From Macrostomum lignano (Eukaryota), in assembly GCA_002269645.1 (NCBI GenBank), contig NIVC01003435.1:1-21554 (forward strand): a stretch of DNA of 21,554 bases, given 5' to 3'. The notes below the pieces were generated by a model that saw only the letters and a program-made list of their open reading frames with translations, ran no database searches and was not told where the DNA came from. Below, piece by piece: positions 19,855-21,554 of this stretch. The position numbers were made by a program, and so were the translations under genes. Position 1 is the first letter of the stretch. Every line of letters begins with the position of its first letter.

Positions 19855-20383
19855 CTGTATCAATGCCAGCAGCCCTGGGATCAGTCCGCCAACTCCTTCG
19901 CCAACGTACAGGGCGCTCAAATACGCGGTGGATAGGCGGACATGTAGCTGAGATAGACAACAGAGGAGGAGCAGTCTACCAGGGACAGGGTCAGCACTAC
20001 CAGCATGAGTGGAAGGCTGCGACCGTCGATGGTGATTGGCCAGACGAAGGCGAGCACAAGCAAAGCCACGGCGCCAGTCGCATTGATGACGAACACGCCT
20101 GCTCGGTCAGTGAATTTGCCGCGGCTAAGCCGACTGGCCAACAGGAAGGCGGCCGGGCCGATGTTGCCCAGCTGCACAATCACGGCCAGGTAGGACGGCA
20201 GCGACCAGCCTCCGGCAGGCTCTTCACCATCAGCGGCAGCTGGTTGAACACGCCATTGATGTCGATCCAGGAGCCCAGGGCGAAGCTGCCAATTAGAAAG
20301 CAGGCCAGCATTGACAGACGCGGCGGAGCTGTGCGCGGTGAAGGAGGCGCCTCAGGCCGCTCAGACATGGACGGCAGCGACAT
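19855..20383 (-). CDS. SLC52A: SLC52A-family riboflavin transporter, exon 1 (two 1-bp deletions as written)
   Basis: ATG at 20383. Adding one base at about 20209 (GG to GGG) and one at about 19923 gives ...[44 protein letters not shown]...DCSSSVVYLSYMSAYPPRYLSALYVGEGVGGLIPGLLALIQ, followed by donor GTGAGT (19854). [10 protein letters not shown] is the SLC52 hallmark. 529+2 nt = 177 codons, and the total is 177+69+199 = 445 aa, the size of human SLC52A2. Confidence 0.92.
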
Positions 20384-20507
20384 GGACTGTCTGCTGGCTG
20401 GCGCTTTTGGCTCCTGTCAGTCCGAGTCGAATTTGGGGAATTGAGCAGCCGCATGCCAAAATCATCTCTGATTACTAAAAAAAATTGAATTCATCAGGTG
20501 GCTCAAC

Positions 20508-21050
20508 CTGAGGATCTGGGAGGGTGACAATGGCCTGGTCTGAGGATCTGAGAGGGTGACAATGGCCTGGTCTGAGGATCTGAGAGGGTGACAATGGCCT
20601 GGTCTGAGGATCTGAGAGGGTGACAATGGCCTGGTCTGAGGATCTAGGAGGGTGACAATGGCCTGGTCTGAGGATCTAGGAGGGTGACAATGGCCTGGTC
20701 TGAGGATCTAGGAGGGTGACAATGGTCTGGTTTGAAGATCTGAGAGAGTGATGGCCTGATCTGAGGATCTGGGAGGGTGCAATGGTCTGGTCTGAGGATC
20801 TGAGAGTGACAATGGCCTGGTTTGAGGATCTGAGAGAGTGACAATGGACTGGTCTGAGGATCTGGGAGGGTGACAATGGCCAGGTCTGAGGATCTATGAG
20901 GGTGACAATAACCTACTCTGAGGATCTGGGAGGGTGACAATGGCCAGCCTGAGGAACTAGAGGGTGACAATGGCCTAGTCTAAAGGGTCTGTGTCTGTGG
21001 GGATGACAATGGCCTAGTCTAGGGTCTAGGAGAATGGCAATGGCCTAAGG
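20508..21050. repeat. 32-bp minisatellite (GACAATGGCCTGGTCTGAGGATCTGRGAGGGT)n, about 16 copies, decaying to the right
   Basis: Tandem units starting about 125 nt upstream of the SLC52A ATG. Confidence 0.93.
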
Positions 21051-21554
21051 GTCTAGAAGTATAGTGACCTAGCCTAATGGCTTTGGAAGTCATAATCTAG
21101 CCTAAAGACTAGGCTTTATGCAAAGTGATTCCATTGACATTAGAATTGTCCAAATAATGCCTTGAACTTTTAGACAAACATTTAACATTATAGCTTTAAA
21201 ATCAAATCCTAGGTAAAAAAGTTTAATTCTTTTCATGTGATATTATCCAAATTAAAAAATGACACCTCAAAATTTGACTTTAAGTGCAATATAATACCTA
21301 ACATCTAGATAAAAAACTTTCAAAAGTATAAAAGTATGGTTTAACCTTAGACTACATTGTTCTAAGAGGATAATAGCCCTAGGTCTAAAAGAAAAATAGC
21401 ATACTAGCTAAGAACTTTAGAGATTAAGAAATCTAAAAGTAAAAGATAAGAGTACTATACTTAAAAAATAAAATACATAAAACTGGCTAATTCTAGACTA
21501 ATGTCATTTTTTCCTATACTTAGATTAGAAGAATATAGGCCTTGGCTTAATGTT

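Noticed and set aside
19917-20215. Programmed ribosomal frameshifting as an explanation for the SLC52A frame breaks
   Set aside because: There is no slippery heptamer or stimulatory structure, and similar 1-bp indels occur in unrelated loci across the window.
19632-20444. 248-aa plus-strand ORF and small repeat ORFs
   Set aside because: They are antisense to SLC52A exon 1 plus minisatellite read-through.

Overview
This is animal (metazoan) genomic DNA with GC-rich, CTG-biased exons separated by AT-richer, minisatellite-packed intergenic and intronic DNA. The style suggests a repeat-rich invertebrate such as the flatworm Macrostomum, but that is inference only. Genes: (i) the last exon of a C3HC4 RING E3 ligase of the MYLIP/IAP type (54-250, +, frameshifted); (ii) an intact single-exon 809-aa LRR transmembrane receptor with a Toll-like multiple-cysteine-cluster ectodomain but no TIR domain (2294-4723, -); (iii) a possible two-TM orphan gene (about 15290-15957, +); (iv) a three-exon SLC52A-family riboflavin transporter (16820-20383, -; 445 aa once two 1-bp deletions are corrected). 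Mobile DNA: a rearranged Penelope-like element (about 11297-12206) with the RT core deleted, a GIY-YIG endonuclease, an inverted RT N-terminal fragment, a possible 12-bp TSD and a minimal type I hammerhead ribozyme. There is also a fold-back structure in which one arm has expanded into about 115 copies of a 16-bp satellite (7140-9121). At least nine unrelated tandem-repeat families are present, and the last 1.1 kb contains no CpG. Repeated 1-bp indels in otherwise conserved ORFs suggest long-read consensus errors.
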